This document shows, piece by piece, positions 51,911 through 64,000 of a stretch of 64,000 bases of DNA. Source of the stretch: Neocallimastix sp. 'constans' (Eukaryota); contig JBODTK010000156.1 in NCBI GenBank assembly GCA_050613775.1, positions 62,001 to 126,000 of the forward strand, read 5' to 3'. The position numbers and the translations under genes were made by a program. A model generated the notes under the pieces. The model did no database searches. It had not been told where the DNA came from and saw only the letters and a list, made by a program, of their open reading frames with translations. Numbering within the stretch: position 1 is the first letter of the stretch; each line of letters opens with the position of its first letter.

Positions 51911-52252
51911 TGTTAAAATAATATGAATTATTTATTAAAGTTTAATATTAATTATAGCTATTAATGATATATTTTATGTATAAGTATTAGATTAAATATA
52001 TGTATAATATATGTATTGTATTTTGTATATCTAATCTATTATGGCTAGATCATATAAATATATGATTGATTGTTAATGTGATACAGATATGGTTCAATCG
52101 CTTATTAGTATATGTATTACCATGTAAAAGTATATATAAAAGAATACATCATTAATATTATTAATAATAAAAAGTGTTCTAAAATATAGTAAAATAAAAT
52201 AAAAGTTTCATTAAATTTACTTATTTATTTATTTATTTAATAGATCATTCGA

Positions 52253-52310
<58 letters not shown>

Positions 52311-52534
52311 ATCTTATAAATATTTAATATCTAATTGTTAAATTTATTATATATGTTTTAATTCATTAATTCTTTCTTTTCTTTATTTTTTTTTTTTTTT
52401 AAATACATATAATATTTAAAAACTAATGGTATCCTCTTTAGATAATATAATAGTCATTTCATATATAAATTCTTATATTTATTTATTTAGCATACTTATT
52501 ATTTATTAATTATCAATTGATTAAAAAATTTTTC

Positions 52535-53676
52535 CTAATAAATTAATTTCTTTGGCTTTTCCCATGGAAATGAATCTCTACCAAAATGACCATAGCAAGC
52601 AGTTTTCTCATAAATTGGTTTCATTAAATCCAACTTTTTAACAATTACTCCTGGTCTTAAATCGAAATTGGATTTAATAATATTTAACAAATCTGCTTCT
52701 GTTTTTCCCTTTGTACAAGTACCATAAGTATCAATATATATAGATAATGGTTCTGATACACCAATAGCATATGATAATTGAACAAGAACTCGTTTACATA
52801 AATCAGCACTAACCAATGATTTTGCTATCCAACGAGCAGCATATGCACCGGAACGATCAACTTTTGACCAATCTTTACCAGAAAATGCTCCACCACCATG
52901 TGCACCCCAACCACCATATCTTTTTATAATAAAAAAAAAATTAAATATAAAAATTTTTATAAAAACAAATATATTTAAGTATTATAAAAGATAACTATAT
53001 ATATTTAAATTATTTTAATAATTATTTAATAAGATTTATATTTACAATTACTTACGAATCAACAATAATCTTTCTTCCGGTTAAACCAGCATCACCTTGA
53101 GGACCACCAATAATGAATTTTCCTGATGGTTGTAAATGATAAATAGTATCATTATCTATGTATTGTTCCGGTATAACAGGCTATATAATATTTAAAATTA
53201 ATAGAGTGTATTACTTGAATAGGCAATAAAAGTAAATTCATATGTAATACTTACTTTTATTACTTTTTCATATAATTGTTTTTTAATTTCTTCTAATTTT
53301 ATATTTTCAGAATGTTGAGCTGAAATAACAATAGTATGTACACGTCTTGGAATAGTAACTCCATTTTCTATTTTATATTCTATAGTGACCTTTTTATTAA
53401 AACAGTTGTTATATATATTAAATAATGTTTGCAAAAAAATAAAAAAAAATAAATATATATATATATTATTCTCCTATTAATATTAATCTTCTAATTATTA
53501 TCCATTATACTAACTTGAGTTTTAGTATCCGGTCTTAACCAAGGTAATTTACCATTTCTTCTTAATGCACTCATTCTGAAATTTAATTTATGGGCTAAAA
53601 GAATTGTTAACGGCATACATTGTGGAGTTTCATTAGTAGCATAACCAAACATAATGCCCTGTATTATTATTATATA

Positions 53677-53744
<68 letters not shown>

Positions 53745-53759
53745 TGTTGTTATTGTTAA

Positions 53760-53790
<31 letters not shown>

Positions 53791-54960
53791 TAATATGGAT
53801 AATACATACTTGGTCACCTGCACCAATACTTTCAATATCATACCCATTTTGAATTAAACCTTGAGAAATATCTGAAGATTGTTCTTCGATTGCAACTAAA
53901 ACATTACAAGTCTTATAATCAAAACCTATTAGCAAAAACAATATTATTAATATGATTATTAAAAGTTACAATATTTCTAAATATAATTATAAAGTTAATA
54001 TATATACCTTTTGAAGAATCATCATAGCCAATTCTTTTAATAGTATTACGAACTATTGTTTGATAATCAAGACGAGCTTTGGTTGAAATTTCTCCAAAAA
54101 CAAAAATCATACCAGTTTTAGTTACAGTTTCACATGCTACTTTTGAATATGGATCTTGTCGTAGACATTCATCAAGAATAGCATCTGAAATTTGATCAGC
54201 AATTTTATCTAAATAATTATAAAAAAAATTATATATATTTAAATATTTTTTCTTTTTAATTGAATTATTATTGATGTTGTTTTTCAATATATATTTTTAA
54301 TTTAAAATAATATAAAATAAAGAGTGAAATAATAAAAAAGAATAAAGTATTAATAAAAATAAAATAAAATAAATAGTAAAGAAATTCAAAAGGTCAAAGA
54401 ATTAATAAAATAAAATAAAATAAAAATGGATTATAAAATATCAAAGTATTAATAAAAATAAAATATAAATAGAATAAAAAAAAAATAAAATAAAATAAAA
54501 TAGAATAAAAACGAAAAAAGATATGAAACATTGAAAATATATTACCTGGATGTCCTTCGCCAACTGATTCAGAAGTAAATAAAATTGAATCTGGAAATTT
54601 ACATTTTACATTATTTTTTTTATTACTTTTATTGCTATAATGTCTTTTTGATAAAATTACCGAGGAACATTTTGTTGATATTGGAAAAGGAGAATTCATT
54701 GGAAATAAATATTCATCATTACTGGTATATTTAGGTATTCTTAATAAATTTAATGTATGATATAATGAAATTTCTTTATTAAAATTTTTAGTTCTTAATG
54801 ATAATTCATTTAGGAATTTTGAATAAGTTCTTATATTTTTATGAAATTTATTATGACCTCGCAAATGTATATCAATATTACTTTTGATAGTTAAAGCATT
54901 GGGTAATATTTTATTTGAAATATTATTTCGACTTAAAAATGATTTTAAAACCAAAGACAT
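52535..54960 (-). CDS. SAM1: S-adenosylmethionine synthetase, 7 exons (54960-54546, 54208-54008, 53925-53810, 53658-53515, 53389-53255, 53180-53056, 52919-52535), 506 aa
   Basis: [67 protein letters not shown]; all six introns GT-AG; exon lengths sum to 1521 nt in frame. Confidence 0.95.
53662..53745. repeat. (TTA)n microsatellite in intron 3
   Basis: Run of ATT triplets. Confidence 0.9.
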
Positions 54961-57900
54961 ATTGATATTTTGATATTTTAATATTTTAATATTTTAATGT
55001 ATAGTATAAACTATATATATGTGTATATTTCAACATTAAATTTACAATATTTAAAACAATTTAATTAATAATATTATAATTATTTCTAATTCAACTAATT
55101 TATAATTTTATTTTTTTTTCTTTTTAATATTACTTTAAATATATATTTCCAAAAAAATATACATAAATATATTATATTAAATAAATTTAACTTTTACTTG
55201 CTACTTGCTATTACTTCTATTACTATATATTATTTTAAAAATAAAAAATAAGAATATATTATATCCAAGAACATAAACCAAAAATTTTATAAATTTTATA
55301 AATATGGATGGTATTATTTAAAAGCAAAATGTTTTACAGAAAAAAAACTAAATCTTTTAGGGTTATGGTTTTTATATAAAAATTTAATAACTTTAATTTT
55401 TTTTTTTTTTTATTGATTATAATAAGCATTTTATAATTATTTTAATATATTATATTAATATATTATATTTATATATTAATATATTTCGTATTTTTATTTT
55501 CGTTACTAATGGATAAATTATTATATGAAATTTTACCATTTATATAAAATTTTTACATTAAGATCAGTACTAAGAATAAAATAATAACAAATATTAAATA
55601 ATATTATAATAAGAGTTTTAGAAGGTAAAAATGGGTATTATAATAAATGTTTATTATTATGTGTTAATAACTAACCTCAGATTTACAATTAAAGTAAAAC
55701 CATTTCTATTTATACAAGAACTGTGGCTAAATTTAGATACATGTTAATTTATTTAATTAATGTATTACATATGAGAAAAGTATGTGTGTTTTTTATAATA
55801 AACTTTATTTAATTTTTGTATTTATTTAATACATAAATTTTATTTATTTTAAGAACTCTTTTTTTTAAGATAATAAATATAATTATATTTTATAGTAAAA
55901 ATTACATATTTAATCATGTGATAATTCTATGAATTAATACACATAGATAAATGTTACACAACATAAAAATATAAGAATAAAATATTAATATAAGATAAAA
56001 ATATAATATTGATAATAATATAAGAATATAAAAATATAATATTAATAATATAAAAATATAAAATAAAATGTGAATATTTTAACATTCTCCCCTAAACAAG
56101 ATTTTTCTTGAAAATTTTGTTTGCGAAGAATAACATTTTATTTCCATTGACATCTTTTGTGAGTACATCAGCAAGATTGTCTTCGGATTTAATATGTTGT
56201 AAAATAACATTATTATTTTCAACATGTTCCTTGAAGAAATGGTAATTTACGCGTATGTGTCTCAGTCTTTTTCCAATAGCGAAATTTTCAGCGGAATATA
56301 GACTGGCTTTATTGTCACCATAGAGATTTATTTTAAATTTTTTGTTAAATAGTTCTTCAAGAATATTTTTCAACCATAGGCCATTTGCAACGGCTTCCGA
56401 TAATGCAATATATTCTGCTTCGGCAGTGGATCTTGAGACACATTGTTGTTGTCTTGACATCCATAAGACTGGTCCTGAAGCTAGGAAGTAGATATTTCCA
56501 GATGTAGATTTGCTATTGGTTAAATCTCCAGTGAAGTCGGAGTCAGTATAGCCTTTAAGATTTCCATCTCTTTTATATTGTAGGTAATAATCTTTGGTTT
56601 GGTTAATATATTTAAATATTTGTAGTACTTTTTTCCAATCAGTCATATTTGGATTTTTATTTTTTCTTAATGCTTTGTTTACTGCACAAGCATTTTGATA
56701 GATGTATGAGAGAGCCTACTGCGCTTTGATAGATACTATTATCGAATGGTTCGTTGTTAATTTCTTTAATGTTTTCACCTACACAAGGAGTAGAGGATTT
56801 TTGATTTTCATTTATTTTGAATCTTTTTAAAATATCGTTAATATATTTCTTTTGTAAAATATTATACCCATATTCAGTAGGTTCAACAGTTATTCCAAGT
56901 ATATGATTTACTGGACTACATTTTGATATTTTAAATTTGTTTTTAATTAGTTCAACAGTGGAGTTTATTTCATTATCTGAGCCTGTAATAAGCATATCAT
57001 CTACATATAATGCGACAATGCAAGTAGTTTCCTTTTGGAGTTTGATTTTGAAAATAAGCATTGTTCACTTTTAAGTTGAGTAAAACCTATACTCTTCAGG
57101 AAATTAGAGATTGTTATATTCCACATTCTTCCTGCTTGTTTCAATCCATATAAAGCTTTGTTCAATTTCCAAAAACCGTTTTTATAGTTTGGATCTCCTT
57201 CTGGAATTGTCATATAGATTTCTTCATTAAGAGGAGCATTTAGGTATGCAGCTTTAATGTCTAATTGTTGTATATTCCACTTATGTAGTGAAGCTATTGC
57301 GATGACTAAGCGCATGCTTTCAACAGATAACGTGGGAGAGTATGTTTTGTCATAATCAATACCTTCAATTTGTTTAAATCCTTTGATTACTAGTCTAGCC
57401 TTGTATTTTTCAAGTTCTCCTTTATCGTTATATTTTTTTGTGAATACCCATTTGTATTCAATAGGCTTTCTTCCTTCAGGTAGCTTTTTTACTAAGGACA
57501 TGGTTTCGTTGTTGTAGAGATTTTCAAGCTCGTTTGATATTGCTTCTATCCATTTATCTTTATCATCACTAGTTACTGCTTCTAGGAATGTTTGTGGAGT
57601 ATCTAAATCAATACTATTTATTTGTTTATTTGTTTCATTGCTTGTTTTATTCGTTTCATTTTCAGTATTAACATTTTCATTTGATTTGTTAAAATTATCA
57701 TTTTGTTTTATAGGAATGTGATTATTGTTTAAAGTTTGTCTTCCTAAATTAATTAATTGTTTAATTCTTTGTTTCTTATAAATATTATGATCTGTACTAG
57801 AGTCATTCTCTCTCTTCCTTTTGTTTAATAAATAATTAGAATTAACAATTGCAATGTATTTTGGAGTAGTTTTTGATGTTTCATTATTTTGTGATTTTCT

Positions 57901-58007
57901 TTTCTCTAAAATTTTTGAGATTTTTGATTTTTGAATTCTAATCCTTTTTAATTTTTCTTTCAAAACTTTTCTTTTGTTAATGATTATCACTTTAGAAGGC
58001 GTTTTTT

Positions 58008-58827
58008 TGTAAGAATCTATAATTATTTTTAACAAAATAATTATATTTTCTTAGGTTATAATTAATATAACTTTTATTTAACTCATATTTCATTTATACA
58101 ATTAATTATAATTAATAATTTATTTAATTATATATTAAAATTTTATTTAGTTTAATATTAAAAATTTATTTAATTAAATAATTTTTATACATTTAAAATA
58201 ATATTAAATTTATTTAATTATTCACTTAATTATTAAATTTATTAGTTTTAGTTTTCTTTCACTTATTAAATCATAAACTAAAACACTATTCTGTATTCTA
58301 TCATGTATTCCGTATTGTATTAATCATGTATTTTATTATTAATGTATTGTTTTATATTTTTTATGTAAAGTTCTATAAAATAGAACTAAATAGATTAAAT
58401 TTTAAATTTTATGATCTAAATAATTTTCATTATTTTATTCTTTTATTTTCGATCATTATATTAGATTAAGTAATCGGTTAATTAAGGTTTTTCCAATTAC
58501 TTCTTAAAAGTAATCGGTTTTACTTAATTAACGCGATGATCGATATGGATAGAATATCGATCAAAAAACTTATCTAGGTTTTTCTTCTAGTCTTTTCCTA
58601 GATAAGAGATTTGTTAAGATTAGAACCCCTTTTGATTTTAACCTTATTTTGACAAAAAAGTATAAATAAGGCTCTTGAGTTCTCTTTGAGAAATCAAGAG
58701 TTATTATTATAACAATTATAATATAATAATAATAACAATAGTTTTAACATTTAAAATTTCTAATAAATAATAAAACAAATTATTTTAATAAAACAAATTT
58801 TATAATTAAAACTTTTCTTTATCAATT
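58008..58827 (+). mobile_element. Truncated LTR, S subtype 2, in the A2 IN-RT linker
   Basis: Matches 40602 onward; about 150 bp of the 3' end is missing. Confidence 0.9.
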
Positions 58828-60848
58828 ATAATAAAATCTTTTAAATTTTTTGTTGCTTGTTTTAAACAATTAAAACAAGCAACAAAAAATTTAATGATAA
58901 TAAAATTGTTAATAAACAATTATTAACAATTTTATTATCATTAAATTTATTATTTTATAATCACTAATAATACCATTATGCTTTAAATTATATTGCTTAA
59001 TATCTGATTTCATTTTATTGACAATATTTGAGTCATTGTTAAATATATATTTTATTTTATTTAAATTATTCGTTAAATTGTTATTTGAGATATTTGATTT
59101 AATTGTTGAGTTATTTGAATTCTTATATGAAATGTTGTTTGAGTTACTATTTGAAATAAAATACTATTTGAGTTATTATTTGAATTATTATTTGAGATAT
59201 TGTTTGAATTATTATTTGAAATACTATTTGAGTTATTACTTGGAATATTATTTGAAATATTATTTGAATTATTGGTAGAAATATTTGATTCATAATTGTC
59301 GTTGTAAATTTTATTATTATTTAATGAGTTATTATTATTATTGTTTTGAGAATACTCATGAGAATCTTCACTTGAATAGTTACTGTCGTTGAAATTTGAA
59401 GTATTATTATTATTGAAATTTTGTTGAATTAAGAGTACATTTTGATTGTTGTTACTTTGGTGATGAACATTTGAATTATTTTCATTTAATTCATTTTCTA
59501 AATCTTCGTCTTCATCTTCTTCTGTGTTAAGTTCTTCAGGTGTGTAATTTTCTTTATAATTTGTTTTGTTATTAAAATTAAAATTTCCAGGGATATCTTC
59601 TTCGAATACGGCGTCACGAACAATATGAGTTTTGCAATCATTAGTTCCAAAAATAACATATCCTGGAGAATGTTCATCATATCCTAAGAAAATTCCGGGT
59701 AATGTGTTATTATCAAATTTTGAGTTTTTAAGGGAAGCGTCTACATAGTAGTATGCTCTGCATCCAAAAACACGAAGATTGTCAATATTCACTTCTTTAT
59801 GGTAGTATAATTCATCAGGAATTTTAAATTTTATTGCTGTTCTTGGAGTCATGTTATATATTTTCACTGCGGTTTTAACAGCGTCTTCCCAGAAATGGTA
59901 GCTTAACTTTGCTTGGTTTAATAATGCTTTTGTAGCATTTATTATTGTTCCATTTAACCTTTCAGCTCTTCCATTGCTTTGTGGGTTTCTTGGAACGATA
60001 AGATTTCTTTGTATACCTGCTTTGTTGCAGATATCTATGAATTTTCTTGATGTATATTCTTTTCCATTGTCACTTTGTATTTTTGTTATTGTTAAATTTG
60101 ATTCATTTGTCACCATTCGTATGAAATTTTCAAAGATTTCTGGAACTTCCGATTTTCTTTTCAGTAGATATATCCAACTTTTTCTTGCGAAGTCATCAAG
60201 GAAAGTTAAAATATATTTGAAATTATTCCTTGATTCTTTAAGAGGTCCAATAATGTCCGAGTGGATTAGTTCCAATGGCCTTGTACTTCTTGCATTTAAA
60301 GTTTTTCTGAAAGGTTCTTTTTTCAGCTTTGATATTTTGCTGCCAATACAGAGAGTTTTGTTAATGGTGTGACCATTTAAGTATTTAATAAGATTATTAT
60401 TATAGAAATGGCACAGTCTTTTATGCCATATACTTAAGGAGTATTGGTCTAGATTGTTACTTTGTAAACTGTATATTGTTTTATAATTTCCTTGTTTATT
60501 ATTAACGTAAATATTACAAATTTTAATTGAGTTTTCCTTTTCTATACATAGAAGTTGACCATTTAGTTTTGCTAATCTAAAATATGCATTGTTATCAATA
60601 ATGATAACATCAGCTAAGTATTGTCTTTTAAGATCGTTAAATGATATTAATGTTTTATTTTCATTAATATCTTCTGAATATAATACATTTTTTATTATGA
60701 AGTAAATATTATTGATGTATCCCGTAAGATCTCCAATTTTTGAAACTTGTACTATTTCTTTTTCCTTTGTTGGTAGTATCATATTTGTATGATAATCTCT
60801 AACATTACATAGATTTTTAAGTGATCCCGTGATATTTGAAGATGCTCC

Positions 60849-61141
60849 GGGAGTATTGGATTTCGACATAATTTATGTATAATCATTTATTCATGTATTA
60901 CAATGTGGCTTATAAAAATAAATGAATAGGATAGGGTTAAATAAAAACAAAATAAAATTCTTAACAGAAAACCTATTTATTCTTTTATTTATTCTTTTTT
61001 TAGTTTTTATTTTATTTTTTAATGTTAAAATACAATAAATAAAAATATACGTTGAAAATAGTGGCGTATTACATATATTATACACATTGTACAAAAATTT
61101 ATGATGATTATACATAAATTATGTCGAAATGCCTCACATTC
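60849..61141. mobile_element. MITE (293 bp, possibly Mutator- or hAT-type) in the A2 protease motif
   Basis: Flanking GATGCTCC duplication; 27-bp perfect subterminal inverted repeat at 60860-60886 and 61104-61130; removal restores IDSGASSNITG. Confidence 0.85.
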
Positions 61142-61557
61142 GATGCTCCAGAATCTATGGATATTACATAACCATTATTATAATCTGGATGACATTTATG
61201 ATTGTTAATGAATTTATATATAGTTTTTCTATTTAGGTTGTTTGTAATTATGTTTGGAATCATAGGTGGGAGTGGACTATCATGAGTTTTTACTAATTTA
61301 TTGTTACCAATAAGGTTTAATTCTAGATTATTATTATTTTCTATGTTATTGATTATTATATCACGTGATTCCATAAAATTATTTGATATATTTGATTTAT
61401 GTTCATCATGAATTGATTCATTTGAAATATTATAGTTGATTGGATTTGTTTTAGGTTTATTATAGTCCCCTAAATAATTGATTATTAAATCATTTGATTC
61501 ATAAGAGTTATTCATTGGTGGTTCAGGAGACATGTTATATGGATTTTCTCCATCTAG

Positions 61558-62600
61558 TCAGATATTCTTTTCATGGGTTTCTTGAGATTCATCATAGTCA
61601 CTGAGGGCATCAATGATTTCTAGGTTGTTGATTGTATCTTTGGCTAGGTTAATGTTGCTGAACTTTCTTGCTATTTCTTTAATTTTATTGTTACGATTCC
61701 TTGCGTTAAAGTAGTAATTTCTAGTGAAATGGTCATGTTTGTCACATATTGAACAGTACTTTTCGTTATTTCTTTTAGTTTTGTTTCTGTTATTTTTATT
61801 GTTTTTCTGGTTTCTTCTTCTCCGGTTATTATTGTTATAGTTATTATTATAGTTATTATTATAATTATTATTATTGTTATTATAATTATTGTGATTATTA
61901 TTCCTAGAATTATTTTGGGAATGATTATGATTGGCATTTTTTATAAAAGAAACTTCTTCCACTGGCTTTGGATCTTCCGCGTTTAAAGTTCTTTTGGCTA
62001 TGGTTCTGATTTCGTTTGCAATCTCTTGAAGATTGTCTTTATAATTGAATTTGACATAATTTTTATATTCCCCTGGGAGTCCCTTCAGGAGTAATTTGAA
62101 TTTTTCATCTTCGTCTATTGTTTTTCCTAATTCTTGGAGTAGATTACAAAGATGTTCGAATTCTGTAGTAAATTTGATTACTTCTTTGTCCGTTTTGGCT
62201 CTTAGATTTTTTAAACGGTCGTATAAATCTGGAACTTTATTGATATTTATGATATTATATTCGCTTTCCAGATATTTATACATTTCGTAGGCCGATTTTA
62301 ATCGAAGGCCTATCAACGTGGCTTTGGTTTCTTTGGAAACCGAGCATAAGATTTGTTGGCGAGCTCTACCGTCCTTTTCTTTAATTAGAGAAATTGAATT
62401 TTCAATATTCTTCTTATCTTCTTTTTTATATGAGTTTATCATAACTCATTTAGTTCTTCGTTGGCTTCGAATTGGATGTATTTGTCTATGTGATTTATTT
62501 CGAGATTTGTTCTCAATTCGTACGCCCAAATATCAAAGTTTTCCTCGTTTAATATCTCTCTTGGAGTTGAGGAGGAATCTGTATTATTAGAAGTATTCAT
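61558..62600 (-). pseudogene. A2 gag (frameshift near 62445)
   Basis: MNTS..ILNEENFDIW start, LLLKGLP, knuckle CSICDKHDHFTRNY. Confidence 0.85.
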
Positions 62601-64000
62601 TATTTAGATAAGAAAGGCGGTTTTAAATAACGGATATATTTTTATAAATAAGAGCTAATTGAGACTCTTAATCTGAGAAAAGTATGTGTGTTCTTTATAA
62701 TAAACTTTATTTAATTTTTGTATTTATTTAATACATAAATTTTATTTATTTTAAGAACTCTTTTTTTTAAGATAATAAATATAATTATATTTTATAGTAA
62801 AAATTACATATTTAATCATGTGATAATTCTATGAATTAATACACATAGATAAATGTTACACAACATAAAAATATAAGAATAAAATATTAATATAAGATAA
62901 AAATATAATATTGATAATAATATAAGAATATAAAAATATAATATTAATAATATAAAAATATAAAATAAAATGTGAATATTTTAACAATTTTTATATCATA
63001 AATTTCTACTTCTAACCCCTCAAACTTGATTTTCTGTTTATACAAAAATCTAGTTTGCTTCAAAGAAGTTTAAATTTATTTAGTTTTAAATTATATATGT
63101 CGACTACGATGAATTTTTCATACAAGTTTATTTTGTCCCTTCATTGGTAATTTATATTTGCTTTTTGGTTTAGCAATAACCATAATTTATATGTTTTGTG
63201 GATTAACATTAACCATATTATTTTAGAGGTGACATTACATTCTTGTTCGGTCTTACTAATTTCACATTTATTTTATGTGGGGGTAATGTCCTTTCCTTTT
63301 TGTAAACATTGAGCTAGTTATGAAGGCTAGTAGTTCTTCTATAGTTCCAGCTATTATAGCTATTGTAATATAGATTTCATTTCTTCATATTTTTGATTAA
63401 GAGTCTTTTGAAATTACCATTTTGAAATCTTCTATTACTTGTCAGCTTCTTTCGCTCAGTCGATTAGAGTCTTGAGACTCTTAATCTTTTAGAAGGTAAA
63501 AATGGGTTTTATAATAAATGTTTATTATTATGTGTTAATAACTAACCTCAGATTTACAATTAAAGTAAAACCAGTTCTATTTATACAAGAACTGTGGCTA
63601 AATTTAGATACATGTTAATTTATTTAATTAATGTATTACATATCATATTAATTTAATTTAATTTAATATTTATTATTATATCATAAATTTCTACTTCTAA
63701 CAAAGAGTACTTAATATATTAGATTATTAAATCTAGAATTTGTTTTTGCTTTTTGAATTTTTGTATTTTTGTATGTTTGTATATTTTTATAAATCATCAT
63801 TTGCGTATGTTCTTCCAGAAATAATAATTAATTTTAATAAAAAACTATTTATTAAAATTAAACTAATAACAATAATAAAATGATTCATAATTATAAAAAA
63901 AATACATAATGAAAAATTATACAAAAAAAAAAAAATTTCAAAAAATATATATTTTTTGCAATTGTAAAAAAAACAATTCCATAAATATTCCCATAAAATA

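Larger units (their letters stand above)
56092..61557 (-). pseudogene. A2 pol (PR, integrase, RT, RNase H), with frameshifts and two insertions
   Basis: IDSGAS, WHKRLCH, HSDIIGP, SDNGKEY, NGRAER, LYVDDML, ADVLTK. Confidence 0.93.
55772..62986 (-). mobile_element. Full-length Ty1/Copia A2, decayed
   Basis: 313-bp near-identical LTRs at 55772-56084 and 62674-62986, PBS 62660-62673, PPT AGGGGAGAA; gene order gag-PR-IN-RT-RH. Confidence 0.95.
55616..63702 (-). mobile_element. TRIM-like non-autonomous LTR element (about 0.9 kb of own sequence) hosting Copia A2
   Basis: TSD AAGAG; 5' LTR 63487-63702; 3' LTR split into 55616-55771 and 62987-63016; PBS 63473-63486; PPT GAGGG; ~470-bp non-coding interior. 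Confidence 0.85.

Noticed and set aside
63454..63490. tRNA-Lys gene
   Set aside because: Only the 5' half is matched and it stops exactly at the LTR edge, so it is a primer-binding site

Overview
Extremely AT-rich eukaryotic DNA. The composition, Asn-rich ORFs and short GT-AG introns suggest an anaerobic gut fungus (Neocallimastigomycota); this is inferred, not verified. Almost the whole window is nested LTR retrotransposons: four Ty3/Gypsy elements (one apparently intact), four Ty1/Copia-type relics, a TRIM-like element, about 20 solo or partial LTRs, a MULE transposase relic and a MITE. Most boundaries can be resolved by TG..CA ends and 5-bp target-site duplications (TSDs). The only host gene is a 7-exon S-adenosylmethionine synthetase with an unusual ~120-aa presequence-like N-terminus. 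The main finding is that one chromovirus LTR family (T) carries tRNA-type RNA polymerase III A/B boxes near its 5' end. In two independent copies, 4-5 other LTR elements have piled up at essentially one position ~17-23 bp upstream of the A box, the geometry of Ty3-style Pol III start-site targeting. Other signals are Tf1-like self-priming in three Gypsy families, half-tRNA-Lys(CUU) primer sites in three Copia-type families, a -1 frameshift pseudoknot, a UGA-CUAG gag-pol readthrough and structured leader RNAs. Element names (T, G, A, B, C, S, W, etc.) are my own labels. All coordinates were read by eye.
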